Shown piece after piece: positions 42,225 through 55,139 of a DNA stretch of 64,000 bases. The stretch's first letter is position 1; each line of letters starts with the position of its first letter. The notes beneath the pieces are model-generated. The model saw nothing but the letters and a program-made list of their open reading frames with translations. It was not told the DNA's origin and did no database searches. The stretch spans positions 32,054,001 through 32,118,000 of the forward strand of contig CM022665.1 in the NCBI GenBank assembly GCA_012295275.1, given 5' to 3'. Origin of the DNA: Chrysomallon squamiferum. Taxonomy: Eukaryota > Animalia > Mollusca. The position numbers and the translations under genes were made by a program.

Positions 42225-42660
42225 ATTACAATAAGTAAATACAGAATTAACTAGATAAGTATAATAAAAAGCGATTTCAGACATTAAAAATACAATAACT
42301 AATATACAGGGTGCAGCAAAAATTAATGTCCTTTTTTTATTTATTCACTTTATTTGAACCTGATGGATATATAATATAAAACTAAAATATATAGAGAAAG
42401 ACATACAGTATTAAATAATTAAAAAATTTAAAAAACAAAATTACATTTGTCATACCCTATATATCTGGTGCCAGCAGGACTGGCTATAATAAGTAAATAC
42501 AGAATTAACTAGATAAATGGAACACAAAGCTATTTCAGACATTAAAAATGTAAAAACTATGTCTGGTATAAGCAGGACAGGGTAAATTTATATTATGATG
42601 AGTAAATACAGAAACAGCTAGATAAAGGGAATGCAAAGCTCTTTGAGATATTAGAAAAAA
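42225..42660. repeat. Three local copies of a ~100-bp unit
   Basis: aataagtaaatacagaattaactagataa...atttcagacattaaaaat at about 42230 and 42488, with a third degenerate copy at about 42598. Confidence 0.85.
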
Positions 42661-43423
42661 TATATAGAAAATCTCAGTTTATGTAAGAAAGAATTAATAA
42701 ATATACTAGCCTTGTATATGGAATTCACATTGTGTGTGTGTGTGTGTGATATTAAAGATACATGTTATATCTCTTTGGTAAAATGTAAATAAACTAATAC
42801 AGCCCAACTGTACAAACTTAACAATAATGAATAAAATCTATATTGGTCGTGCAAATGGTATATATAGCTACAGGTATAAAAACTATTCTGCTACAAACAG
42901 AATAAACTGATATGATCTCAGCACTAATCATGACAGGAGTTATTATTCAATGAACAGAGATACTATGGGATAAAGTCATTATTAAATAATTGCATATATA
43001 GTTTACAACAGTATTAACCTATCAGATGCCAAGTTTTGGTAAACATTTGTTCGAAACATTAAAGAAGCACTGATACATAATTTACAAATCCCTTTTCCTC
43101 ACATATTTTTATCAATGAGGCTGTTGTTTTTTTTTTTTTTTTTTTTTTTATAAGATAAAAGATTAAACGAAAAAACCTTTTTTTTCATTAGCAGCAAAAG
43201 TTCTATTATTTATGTGTTCATAAATTTAAAAAACACAGGTCATTTTAGGTAGGTTAAAACAAAACAAAAAAACAACAAACACATTTAACAAAGTATATAT
43301 TTTCCCTGACTGTTCCTGAAGCATTTTAGTTTTATAGTCACTTTCAAATACAATATAAATTTTGGAGCTTTTGAAGATATCATTAATAAACACCACCTAG
43401 TTGCATTTAGTTATATATTAGTG

Positions 43424-43690
43424 GAGACTTTTAAAAAAACAATCTTGCTGCACAGGAAAACATAATTAATAAACAGCAGCAAGAATTCCTTTACTGTCAC
43501 TTTCCAATAAAATACAAAGGACTCTAAAAGACACTGTTAAAAAAAATCCACACAGAGTTCTTTTATTTAAATTTTGTTACATATTAGCATGACCTTTTAA
43601 AAAATCAATCTTGCTGCACAGGAAGACATTATCAATAAACAGCAGCAAGAATTAATTTATTTGCACTTTGTTATACATTATTATGGCCTT
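43424..43690 (-). repeat. Direct duplication (~80 bp, ~165 bp apart) of a SINE core fragment
   Basis: caatcttgctgcacaggaa...aataaacagcagcaagaatt occurs at about 43440 and 43607. Confidence 0.75.
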
Positions 43691-45509
43691 TAAAATTCTA
43701 ATCTTGGAGCTCTGGATGAACTGAAAATAGCCAAGCAGATCCACTGTACCTGTCAACACACCATTCTACTCCAACAGATCAGTTTCAACAAGCCTATTGT
43801 ATTTCAAACAGCAGAAACAATACTTTGATCACTTATCTAATGACCTTTTTTTTTTTTTTGTAAACATTTAGTTCAGTGTGAACAGAATGCTGTGTGTTGC
43901 TGATAAGGTGATTAAATTGCAAATAAACTTAGAAAAAAAAAAGAAGAACTGTTAGCCATGTTAAGCACCTATTAACAGTCACCTGTTTTAAAGGTCAGTT
44001 TCCAATGGTGCTGGGTTGTGTCTTGTTTTCCTCTTTTTATCCAATTAAGTTTACACATGCTGTTCTGGTTACACAATCCAGAAACTGTAGGTGCAGGAAT
44101 CAGTAAATCACTGCTGTTGATATGTTAAAGGTACAAGACAGTAAAGTGTTGTGTTTTACACAGCTCATCCTTTTTCTGTGTCTTACACAAAATCAGCTGC
44201 TTGTACCAGACATGACCAAGTAACTGAACTCAAACCTTTCCTGTATTTTACAAGACATTTATTAAAATATTATGTTTTATATAGATTACTGGTTATGTCC
44301 TCCTGTCTTGGAGAAGGCTTTCTTGAGCAGTTTACTTATACTTTTATTTTACTATGTAATATTATGTATTATGCTGATCATATCCATTGTCCTGTACAGA
44401 GCTTTCAGATATAGGCTGGAGTCGTGCCTGAGTATCTGAAATATATCTATAGTATTCTTGTATAGAGAACAGTATAAAATTATATTCTACATAGTTCTTA
44501 CTTTGCCCTTGTCTTGGACAGAATTTTCTGATGAACAATTTGCCTATATCTTTTCTGAAACATACAAGATACTATAACATTATATGCTGCATAACTTTTA
44601 TCTTGTCTGTATCTTGGGCAGGATCTTTTTGCTAAAGTGATTCTGTCTCCGACAGACATATGTAAAAAACAGTTCTCTGGCAGAAGCGATATATACAAAC
44701 ACAGCTCTTCACTGATTTTCAAAAAAAATATTTTCCTTATTAAAGTCAGATTAGTTGATGGTCAAGACAATTCAAATCAATATGGTCAGCAGATAAGTTA
44801 GCTATAATAGTTTATATGGTCATCTATTTTAATACATTTATTTTATCAAATGTTTGACCAATAGATTTGAACTCAGTTTGTTTTTTGTTTAAATTAAAAA
44901 AAAAAATCAGTTACTTCTAGATATAGGGATATGCCATGCATAGAATCTGTCAGCTATCATGATGATGATGACAGGATGATGATGATGATGATAATAATAA
45001 TAAAGATTTGTAACTTAGGAGCCCAGCCAAGTGTGAATAACAAAGACTTGAATGACATTCCTGCAGAATTCTTCTTCATAATCAGATCACTTAACCCATA
45101 AAACTGTTAACACACAAACTGCTTCATAGATTTTAATGGATGACACAAAAATCAATGTAACAAATCTGTTGTTGCTTAAATCAGCACTTTTTGCACATTT
45201 AATAGTGAAGAAATATTGATAATCTTCTCTGTAACATAGAGCTGTGGTAATTTCTTAAAGAATAGTAAGTGGAAAAAAATAACAACTGTTTCTGAAGCCA
45301 AAAAAAATATTATGCTCTGAAAATATGTGTGTATAATGTGTGTATCTATGTGTGTGTGTGTGTGCATGCTTGTGCACATGTGTATCTTATAACTGTAATG
45401 TATATTTTCAATATTTACAACATTAAAGAAAGAAAGAAATTTTGAACAAGCCCAGCTGTAGAATGAAATGTCTCAGTTTACAAAGAAATGGGTGAATGGA
45501 ATAACTGAT

Positions 45510-45700
45510 GCCCTGACAGACAGATAGAGGGAAGGATGGACATATGGACAGGCAGATAAATGAACAGACATATTGATAAATGGTGGATGGATACACATAT
45601 AGTCAGACAGATGGACATATGGACTTTCATGGATTGACAAATGTACTGCTACAGACAGACAGGCAGATGAATGGACAGATGAGTTTGCTGGATGGATCAG
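45510..45700. repeat. Decayed GACA/GATG tetranucleotide array
   Basis: gacagacagatag...gatggacagatg periodicity. Confidence 0.8.
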
Positions 45701-46207
45701 AGTAAAAGACATGTTAATTCAAGAGACAAATTGAGAAATTGTCAAACAGCACACACATTTACTGGTCTGCTGATTACACAATGGTGTCTGATTATGACAC
45801 AGTCACTGTGAGTGACAGGATGCAGAGACACTCCAGCCATCAGCAATCCAATTTGCCAATAACCTATTTTCCTTCATTCAAACACTTGAACATCTCTATT
45901 CTTAATTGAACATTGGCTTGAATCACAGTGTGTGTTTGAAGACACTGTCCAATCATGACAACAGACTGTGCCATCTCCCAGTCAACATCATTTACCTACA
46001 TCACACGACTGAATGAATAAATAGATGAATATTTAAAGGACTGACTATGTGATTTCTAAAGTATTATATTACTAAGTCAAAATTACTCATTTTTTAAAAA
46101 TAAAAATAAAAATGATACTGGTGAAACAAAAATAAAAATATGTTTGTCTGTGTGTTTATCACTATATTTGATGACTTGGTTATACCTGCATGTACATCTG
46201 CATACGA

Positions 46208-46243
46208 GTGTGTGTGTGTGTGTGTGTGTGTGTGCATGTGTGT

Positions 46244-46281
<38 letters not shown>
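46208..46281. repeat. (GT)n(AT)n compound microsatellite
   Basis: Seen directly in the sequence. Confidence 0.98.
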
Positions 46282-46285
<4 letters not shown>

Positions 46286-48685
46286 TTATAACATATAACA
46301 GAAAGATTTTTAATTACATTAGGGCAGTCATAACATCAAGTAAGCATACCAGTCTCCAAATGCTCCCTTTATAAACTTTTTATTTTACAAAGCAGCAAAA
46401 AACACCAGATCATAAAATCAAAACAAGTGTGTTATTTTGACAACCACCCAGCAATTGAAAGGACTTTTAAAACAATCTTCCACTATCAGAACCAGACTGA
46501 ATGAATCGATTCTTTAAACTGTAAAAGCAATTTAGCTTTTTAAGTACACCATATGGTTCACTTCCTCTGCAAAAGGTCTTCTCCTTTTCTTTCTCTCTCC
46601 AGTTTCCATTTTTTTCCCCTTAAGTCATTTGATTGATCTAAAGATTCTTACCAACAGACAAGATAACAAGAATACAAAACTGGACCTCTGACTTGAAGAG
46701 TTTGTTCTTTTGACCAGTAACAAACAAAAAGAAAGGAAAATGATCCTCACTGTTTTACAGACAAATAACAGTTTTTACTCTCTTTTTAATAAAAATGTTT
46801 TGCACAAAAACAAAAATACAGAATGGACCTATAACCTTTAATAAATGGAGAAACCACTTAATCATTATTTATCTACTTGTAATAGATAACGACTGACAGA
46901 AATTAATAACTTATTTTCCCTTTCTTATTCCAACTTTTCATTTTTATGGCACTGTTTGTTTTTACTTCTGTATTATAATTTTACAAAAGATATTTTTTAA
47001 AAGGACAATATGTAAAAAGTCTAGAACCAGACCAGTGATCAAAAGAGATTGTTCTTTTCATTAGTATAAAACCAATAGTAATAATAATAACAATAAAAAA
47101 CACACAAGAACAAAACAAATTGCCAAGAAAAATGAACCAGTGACCAAAGGAAACAGCTTCTTGACTGGTAACCAAAACATTTCTGAACCAAACTGAACTT
47201 ACAAGTAAAAAATCAGTCCTCTTCTAACTGGCAGTAAACAAACAAACAAACAAAATCTATTACCTGTTTACTTGTAAAACACCAGTGACAACTGAAATTA
47301 ATAAAATGATGTTCAAACTCGTCACTGTTAACTCAGGATCTCTCAAATCTTAATTTTGCTTGATTAATGCAATGAGATCAATTAATATGGCAGAACAAAC
47401 ATTACTGCATAACTCGTGAAAATGTATTCAAACAAACATGACTGACTGCAAGTGCTTTCAAACAGTTTATCAAGAGGCTGTTCAGAAGTTACAACTTAAT
47501 GGTAGGTGTTGATTAGAAATCATTTTTCAACACTGTTTTTAACTCTTTTGTCTTTTTCAGTTTGTGAGTGGCAGTGTGTGACTACTGTCAACATATTATT
47601 TGACTCACAGGCAGAAGAAAATGACAAATTAAAAAAAAAAGAAAAAAAAAATTAATCAATAGTAACTGACCTTTTTTAAAATTCATAAAAAAATTAAAAA
47701 TTAATTTGACAGTCTTGATACAATATCAGGGTTATCACAGACTTCAAGAAGTATGAAATTTTTATTTGTTATTGTATGTGTTGGTGTGTGCATGTGTGTT
47801 TGTGTGTGTATATGTTTTGCAAGTAAATATATATGAATACTTACATGCATCAATAATAATAAAGATCACGAACATAAATAATGAAAAAATAAAAATTTAA
47901 ACTTATAAAATTAAATTTAAAAAATGAAAGGTTGACATTAAACAAACAACTATTAATTTCTTCTGAGCATATTAGAAGCTTTTTTCTATTATTTTTTAAA
48001 TCATTTTTTTTTTTGCAGTTTTCAGTGTCAAAATTTTTGTTTTGATCTAATTTTCATAATTTTTTGCTTTCCAATATATTTGAAAAAAGATATCTAAATC
48101 AACAACAACAACCACAGCATACATGTGTGTGGATTTGTGTGTGTGTGTGTGTCTGTGATAAGAAATGAAATATCTCTATACAAGATGTCTAATAATATGA
48201 AAGTCACGTATAAAGGAGCAGAACGGCTGTTTCCACCAACCAAATCATGTACATAATGGTTATGTAAAATAAATATTAAATGTAAGTTAGTGTCATACAA
48301 ACAATGTACACATTTGCTCATGCAACACTGCAATAAACACATGTTCTTATCCCAAATACTATTGTCCAACAATACAGCTCACAAAGAAAAATCAATTAAA
48401 GTATATGTAACATGTTGGACAAAACATAAATAATTAAAATCACCAAAGTGACATATGGTCCTAATCCAGGAAATACTGTCATTTGGGTAAAAATAAAGAA
48501 ATGTTATCTGTATATTAAATATCAAATAATCTCTGGAACTACAATAATAATATTATGTTTGAAAGTAAAGAATATATATTCTGTAGTCCATAAACATCCA
48601 TTTTATACCAAAATAAGAACATATTTTTGGATTGGAATTTTCAAGATTAATTTCATGATTACTGTTAATGATTTTAAAAAGAAAT

Positions 48686-48701
48686 GAGAGAGAGAGAGAG
48701 A

Positions 48702-48735
<34 letters not shown>
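48686..48735. repeat. (GA)n(CA)n compound microsatellite
   Basis: Seen directly in the sequence. Confidence 0.98.
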
Positions 48736-48739
<4 letters not shown>

Positions 48740-49393
48740 CAACATCTCCACATATTAAGAAATAAAAAATCCAGTTCCTGGTTGAAACTTTCTAAAACTC
48801 TATTTGCAGTAAACTAATTTTTCCCAAATAACAAATCGGTTTTTAGCAGCAGCCTCTTTAAGGTGATCACTAATTCAATAACAGTAAAGGAAATTTTGAT
48901 TAAAGAAACAAATTAGTGTATGTGGCTAATTTACATCTCTTTATTATGTCTCAGAATCAGGATTATATTATATTTAAAAAACTTATTATCGTCCAGCTTT
49001 ACATTTGATGGCAATACACAAAAAAAGTCAAAGAAAAATGTATATATTTTCTTTATTTTTTAACCGATTTTGAAAACAGAGGAAAATAAACTTGGACATA
49101 TTATATCTAATTTAAGATAAACTCTTTAAGACTTACATGCTGTCTTTGTATTGAAGAATGGTAGTGCCAGTTTGATTACATCCCAAAAGAGCCATAATGC
49201 AGCAAGTACACTTTGTATTTAAATGTAAAATCCTTGGAGAATTCTAAATAATATTCATGAGACTTAAATTTACTATGAAAAATAAAAGTTTGTAACATCC
49301 AAGTTGTAGCTTGGTTTTTCAATGGCAATAAAATAATAACATTAATAAATAATAATAAATATAATAATAATAATAAAAATTAATGTTTCTTAC

Positions 49394-49618
49394 CACTGAG
49401 TTGCTCTGAGTTTCAGGTCCAGATAGTTCATCTTTATTTGGAGATGATGATGATGTATCCTTTTCAGATTTTGCCTCCAAGGACTTTGGTGGTGTTTTCT
49501 TCTGAGCACTGTTGGCCAAATGATCCCGTTTTACCAAAGTGGGGTCTCGTTTTGTCAATTTTGAAGCAGGTACAGGAATTCGAGTTATCCGTGGTTGAGC
49601 CACTGTTCCTGTAGCCAT
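49394..49618 (-). CDS. ATG-initiated 75-codon exon (MATGTVAQPRITRIPVPASKLTKRD...GPETQSNSV); probable alternative first coding exon encoding a disordered S/P/K-rich N-terminus
   Basis: Context gctATGg. The 225 nt end exactly at GTG|GTAAGA (phase 0), after which the ORF-track translation turns into AT-rich intron noise. GC is locally elevated. All four CpGs in the exon are the first two bases of Arg codons (CGG, CGA, CGA, CGG). Confidence 0.85.
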
Positions 49619-49736
49619 AGCTTACACCCAGCTGGGTACCTTACTAATTACAGAGGTTACAATAGGCAAATATGCCATTCATTAAAATGTATCAATACTT
49701 ATTTTTTTATAATTATTATTATTATTTTTTTTTTTT

Positions 49737-50090
49737 ACATTATAAACACACTGTGCATATAAAGATCATATATGCAATTATTATATTCCTATATTAAAAA
49801 ATTTTCTTATAGGAAAAAAGATAAATCTCGAAATACTGCTGTCAATAATAGCAAATTGAATATTTCACCAAATATATTCACATAATGTTGATGAATATTT
49901 CTTTTTCTTCATTATAAACATGTATATGTACAGATTATAATCTTATCTCAGTTTTCAGTAAGGAAAAAGACAAATCCTGAAGTAATGCTGTTAATAGTAT
50001 GCAGAATATTTCACCATATATATTCACATAATTTTGCTTTGAATGGTTCTTTTTCTTCATCATTCACACACTGTGAATTCACAGATCACT
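49737..50090. repeat. ~155-170-bp tandem duplication (about 2.3 units) just upstream of the 75-codon exon
   Basis: aggaaaaa.ga.aaatc...tgctgt.aata...gaatatttcacca.atatattcacataat occurs twice; the catt..acacactgtg motif occurs at both ends. Confidence 0.85.
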
Positions 50091-50717
50091 ATCCTGCCAG
50101 TGTGTGTGATGTAACATTTGCCAAGCAATATCCCCATTACTTATTCGTTACATTAGAACCACTAGACTGACTTGAGTGTCACAGTGCCCATAACTCTGTT
50201 ACCAAGAAGAAATATATGCTGCAGTTCTTGTCTGATAGCATCCTGACAGGGCCATAATGCAGCAAATCCATTTGTTTGGGCCAGCAAATCAGCCACAAAT
50301 TAAAATCCATAATATTGATAGCTAATTTCAATATCGAGAATCAGTGAAGTGCTGTCCAACACACACTGAGTACAGCAAAATGCATTTTCCAATAGTCAAC
50401 TGTCTGCACAATTTCCTCAACCCACAAATGTAAGTTTACATTGTGTGATAAAACAATTATCTGTTCCCACAAAAATAAGTTTAATTCAGTTCATTTTATT
50501 TGTTTCTTCAGAAAGACACAAATTAATCAAATCCTGTTTTAATCATTAAAGAAAGAGAGAAGGAAAAAATGAACAACAAATCATTCTTCTATGTAATTTT
50601 AAAAAAATTACCCAAACTAGCCAAAATTCAGTTACTTATAATCCATTACCAAAGTAATTACATCTATGATACAAACTAAAATGCCATTAGTTTTGTGTAT
50701 ATTGGGTGACATCTCAC

Positions 50718-50750
50718 CTTGTGCCCATGTTTCACCGTCACTGCTTTCAT
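50718..50750 (-). CDS. Candidate alternative first coding exon MKAVTVKHGHK, phase-0 donor
   Basis: Strong donor AAG|GTGAGA with an in-frame ATG at 50750, inside a GC-richer unique-sequence island (about 50700-51250). The frame stays open about 56 codons further upstream. It could instead be a 5'UTR exon or MGT+phase 2. Confidence 0.35.
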
Positions 50751-51419
50751 AACATCACAGCATGTAATCTTCAATACACATTTCCCATTCAGTGTGCAGA
50801 TCAGTTCAACTGAAGAAGCACGTGGGTGTACAGTGACACAGCATATGTGACCAATGCCATGGAAGCTTTCTTCATTATCAGAGCTATATGCAGTGGGCTT
50901 GTCACTGCACTTGCAACATCAACTTTGGCAGCAGTACCAACAGCAGCAACTTTACCCAACTGCTGACCACTCTCTTGAGTTTACATGATGATAAAAATGC
51001 CAGTGCTATCAGTTACCATGACACAATATGCAGTCATTATAGAAGAAAAAAAAGAGAGAAACAGCCACCAGAATTGGCAGACACTTGCATACAGTAAGTG
51101 CAATATTGTCTCATTACTCCTAGGGGAAAATGAACAGTGTATGGAGTAAAGCTGCACCAGTTATCTGTCTGGTGGTAATTTAGAAGAATGAACAGGCTAT
51201 ATATCCCTGTTGTTACACTGCAGCCTACACAACACTGCCGAGTAAAAACAAAGAATAAGAAAAAGGTGTGCTGTAAACACGTAACACACACACACATTAC
51301 TATATAACTTGTTTTGTCTTTGATATCAGTATGACACTTTTTACCTATTGATCAAAGAAGCAGAAAGGTTGGTGTGATATTGTAGATAATGCTAAATAGG
51401 CACAGCTTTATGTGGTTTT

Positions 51420-51580
51420 AGTATCACAGAGCTTTCTGTGAATTTCTGTGAATTTATTAAAATGGCGCTTTTTTTGAATTTACTATCAACACAGAAGTTT
51501 TTTTGAATTAATGATACCAGTTTTCTGTGGAATTTATTATTAAAGTTTTTTAAAGATTGACTATCACACTGTGGATTTAT
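51420..51580. repeat. Degenerate ~27-bp tandem repeat
   Basis: Recurrent tttctgtgaattta.tatca motif. Confidence 0.5.
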
Positions 51581-52644
51581 TTTGTCTTCTAAATATAAAG
51601 GTCATTTAACGTTGCTGTTTTTTTCCTGATAAAGTTTTTTTTGTTTTTGTTTTAAAAAAACAAAAAACAAAAAATCAATTGATTTTTATTGAGCAATTTG
51701 AAAAACAACTATAATTTATAGGTCATTTATCAGTCTAGATTAACTGACAAGCAGCATGTGTGGAATGTGAATTTCATCTTTGTAATATATTTTCTCTATA
51801 ATGGTTATCATTTTCAGTTCTTTAATTGTATAAAAATTATTAAAGAATATTCTTATACATATACAGATGGTGTGCTTTTACATTTTAAGTGCTATACAAT
51901 GAAAAATGTTTAATAAAATAAAATTTTAAGTATTACTGATGTAATATTATTTAATTAAAATAATATAATTAAATATATTTGCAACATTAAAATAAATAGA
52001 TAAATAAATTTTAAGAATAATCAAATAGCAAGTAACTGTGTAACTGAAAATCTGTTGTTAGTGCTCATTTTAGTCAATCATAACATGGAACTAAACAATT
52101 TGATGATAAAATTCCTATTTTTCAAAAATATACAGAACTATGTATACAGAACAATGAAGCATTATTTATGAAAACTTCCAGCTGCAGTGTTCTAATAACA
52201 ATAAATAAAATAATAGCAGCCTCTGCCCCTTGCTTGGTTTGTGTCATTTTCTGTTATACTAGTAAACAAGTTATTCCATTAATTGATAGACATGAATGAT
52301 GCATAATCTCTAACTTGTGGACAAATACTGATTTCCATATTCCATAAATGTTCCAGACTTTTTGTCTGTTATAACCCCAAGAGGGAATTGCAGGAGGAAA
52401 AAAAACAAAAAACAACTCCAGACTTATTCCTTTTATTCTGCCAACATTTCTTATGTGCATATAGATCATTTCTGAGTGGATGAAACCATTTCGGTCACAC
52501 TGAACTGTGATATACAGAAACAGAGAAAGTGAGCCTGTTGACAGTTGTGAAAGAGATGTTGCTTAGTGCATGTAGTATAAGACTAATCCGTAATATTCAT
52601 TTTCCTCTATTCTGTCTCCACATATCATGCATAGATCACAACAA

Positions 52645-53010
52645 GAAACATATGTAAGAATATATAAATGAGTTTTTCAGTCCATTAAAAGAATAAACAG
52701 GATAGGTTTTTCAATATGTTATAAGCATAAAATTATAAGAAAGACCTAATGGTTTATTACATTGTGTTATGTGAATAAACTTAACAGGTTTTCAATACAT
52801 AAGTAACATGTATAAGAACAAACTGAATGTGGTTTTCCTAAATAAACACATGTAAGGACAAACTGAATATATCTTCAATTTGTTACTAAAAACACATAAA
52901 AAGACTATATTTGACAGCATTTTCAATGTGTTATAAGAAAGATATACAAGAACAAATTGGATGAGGTTTTCTATGTGTTATAGGAAACACAGAACAGAAC
53001 ATAGTGGACT
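52645..53010. repeat. Degenerate 40-50-bp tandem repeat
   Basis: Recurrent taagaacaaactgaat..ggttttcaat.tgttataag. Confidence 0.65.
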
Positions 53011-53754
53011 GAATTTTAAGTTCCTTAAAAAAAAAAAATTAAATTAATATTTTGAATGCACATACAAATATACTGAACATGATTTTCAAAGCTTTTAAAA
53101 AGAAAAAAGAACCCCAAAAAGCATGCACATAGTGGTTGCATGCCCTCAGCATTCCACATCTTACTGCAGGATAACACAGTTGCATTTGACAGGTTTGAGA
53201 TGGAAAACATAATCATTTACTGAGGCAAATTAACTTCTTTAGCTCATGGAATTCTGCTTCATATTTTTTTACTTAATTTTAATTTTTTTGGTTTTTGTTG
53301 TTGTAAATTTTATACATTTAGTCTTCCAGAATGCTACTTTGGCATTTTGCATACTGGCTGTATTGAAAGCATTTGAAAGTTCTCTGAAATTACAAGCACA
53401 ACAAACTGAGAAAAAAAAAATTAAAACAAAAAAATAAAATAAAATGGCACACACACACACACAAAAAAATAAAAATAAATAAATATATAATAAATAAACA
53501 ATAGTAATAAAAATAAATAAATAAAATTAAGAAATAAGAAACAGAAAAAAAAAAGAAGAAAAAAGATAAAGGTATATACACTATAACAATAATTAGGCAA
53601 AATTTAAAAAGTCATAAATAATTTCCTAAATAATACAGAGAAAGATTAATGCAGGATGTATTAATTTTATCTATCACATAAAATATTTTAATAATACAGA
53701 ACACTAAACTGAGTGTTTACAAGAGATTATCAGTCTCTTTAGTGGCCTTTGTAC

Positions 53755-54040
53755 ATTATTTCCCATTCCAACCAATGTAACTAAATCCACACTTGTTCTT
53801 CTTACTGTTCTTTAGTATATTATTTGAGGCAGAATTAATTGAATAGTCTTTGATGAAAAGGTAGCACAATGTTAAAGAAATCATATTAGTTTAGAAGTCA
53901 ATTCTTATGATGACCCACTGACTTATTTGGTATTTCAAAAGATCCAGTATGTTGTCCTGTATATGGGAAAGAGAAATGTAAAATATCCATTGCTGCTAAT
54001 GAAAAACAGAATATAAAAGATACCTTGCTGCTAAAGAAAA
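53755..54040 (+). mobile_element. Fragmented SINE with a tandemly doubled core motif
   Basis: tatttcccattccaaccaatg (53757); taaaatatccattgctgctaatgaaaa followed by taaaagataccttgctgctaaagaaaa. Confidence 0.6.
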
Positions 54041-54664
54041 AGTATAATAATTTATAATTAAAACTGTATGCAAAGACATTATTTATTCTAAATATCAAGC
54101 AAATGGAATTGCCAAATCTTACTATTAAAACAAACTTCTTGTCAAAATCTGACAAAAATAGTTTTAACCTAATTTCATAATTTTCTAAGACTTACTTACT
54201 GTTTAAAGTACAAGTATGTGGGAGTGTACGTTAAAAACAAGAAAAGAAAAAAATTAACCACCCACCCCTACACAGTGAGGATATAACTACAATATCAACA
54301 GACTGGTTTACTAAGAAAATATGAAACAAATGTTAAAATGTCAGTTAATGATGGGGATCAGTGTATATATTGCATAACACATGTTATTGGATAACATACA
54401 AATTGACTTCACATTTAACAAACTGGTAACTTGTCACAGAATAAATCTGCAATTAACTGAAACACTATCCTAAGTTACCACACCTGAATGAAAACTAAGT
54501 CTAGTTCAGTAGAGGATCCAAAATAAGAATAGGTGGTACCCAATCATGTTGGTGGCTAGACTTTTGAAATGAACTCAAGTTTCATTATAAAGAAACAAAT
54601 ATTTCAAATTTTAATTAAAAAATAAATAAAAATAAAACCATCTGTCAATGAATTATAATCCTAG

Positions 54665-54930
54665 CTCAGGGGAGGATACAATATATAAGAAGGGGGGAGA
54701 GAGACAACAATGTCCAAAGGTATGATCCAAAATGATGAAGGGAGGTGTGCAATAGGATGTGACTATAACTTTGAAGATTTTTTTTTTTTTTTTTTTTTTA
54801 AGTTGCATTAAAAGAAAATCTGTAAAAAAGAAAAGAAAAAAATCAAACACACAAAAAAAACCTCAGCCAGCAAAAGGAAAAAAAAATAAAGTGGCATATG
54901 CCATTTAGGACCCCCACTGGATCTGCACAC
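54665..54930. mobile_element. Decayed MITE-like element with GC-rich terminal inverted repeats
   Basis: caggggaggatac at the left end and cccccactggatctgcac at the right end resemble decayed CAGGGGCGGATCCAG-type TIRs. The family type is recalled, not verified. Confidence 0.35.
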
Positions 54931-55139
54931 ATAAATGTATTTGCATGTTTTGTGCTAATTTGAAAATGTTCTCTATGTTGTTAATTACTGATGTGGCAAT
55001 TAGCCAGAAGAAAGCAGAATGAAGTGGTTTTCAGGTAAAGATAGCGGTAAGTGAAAGTTCTGTCAGTGTTATCTGAATCTGTTTTATTAGACACTTACAG
55101 CATCTTAACAGCTCTGAAAAAGCTGAGTGAACAAATGAG

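Noticed and set aside
49319-49393. C-terminal tail of the 99-aa ORF (VRNINFYYYY...)
   Set aside because: It is intron read-through beyond the GTAAGA donor.
49520-49560. Two KRD dibasic sites suggesting a neuropeptide precursor
   Set aside because: No signal peptide and no amidation or repeated-peptide pattern.
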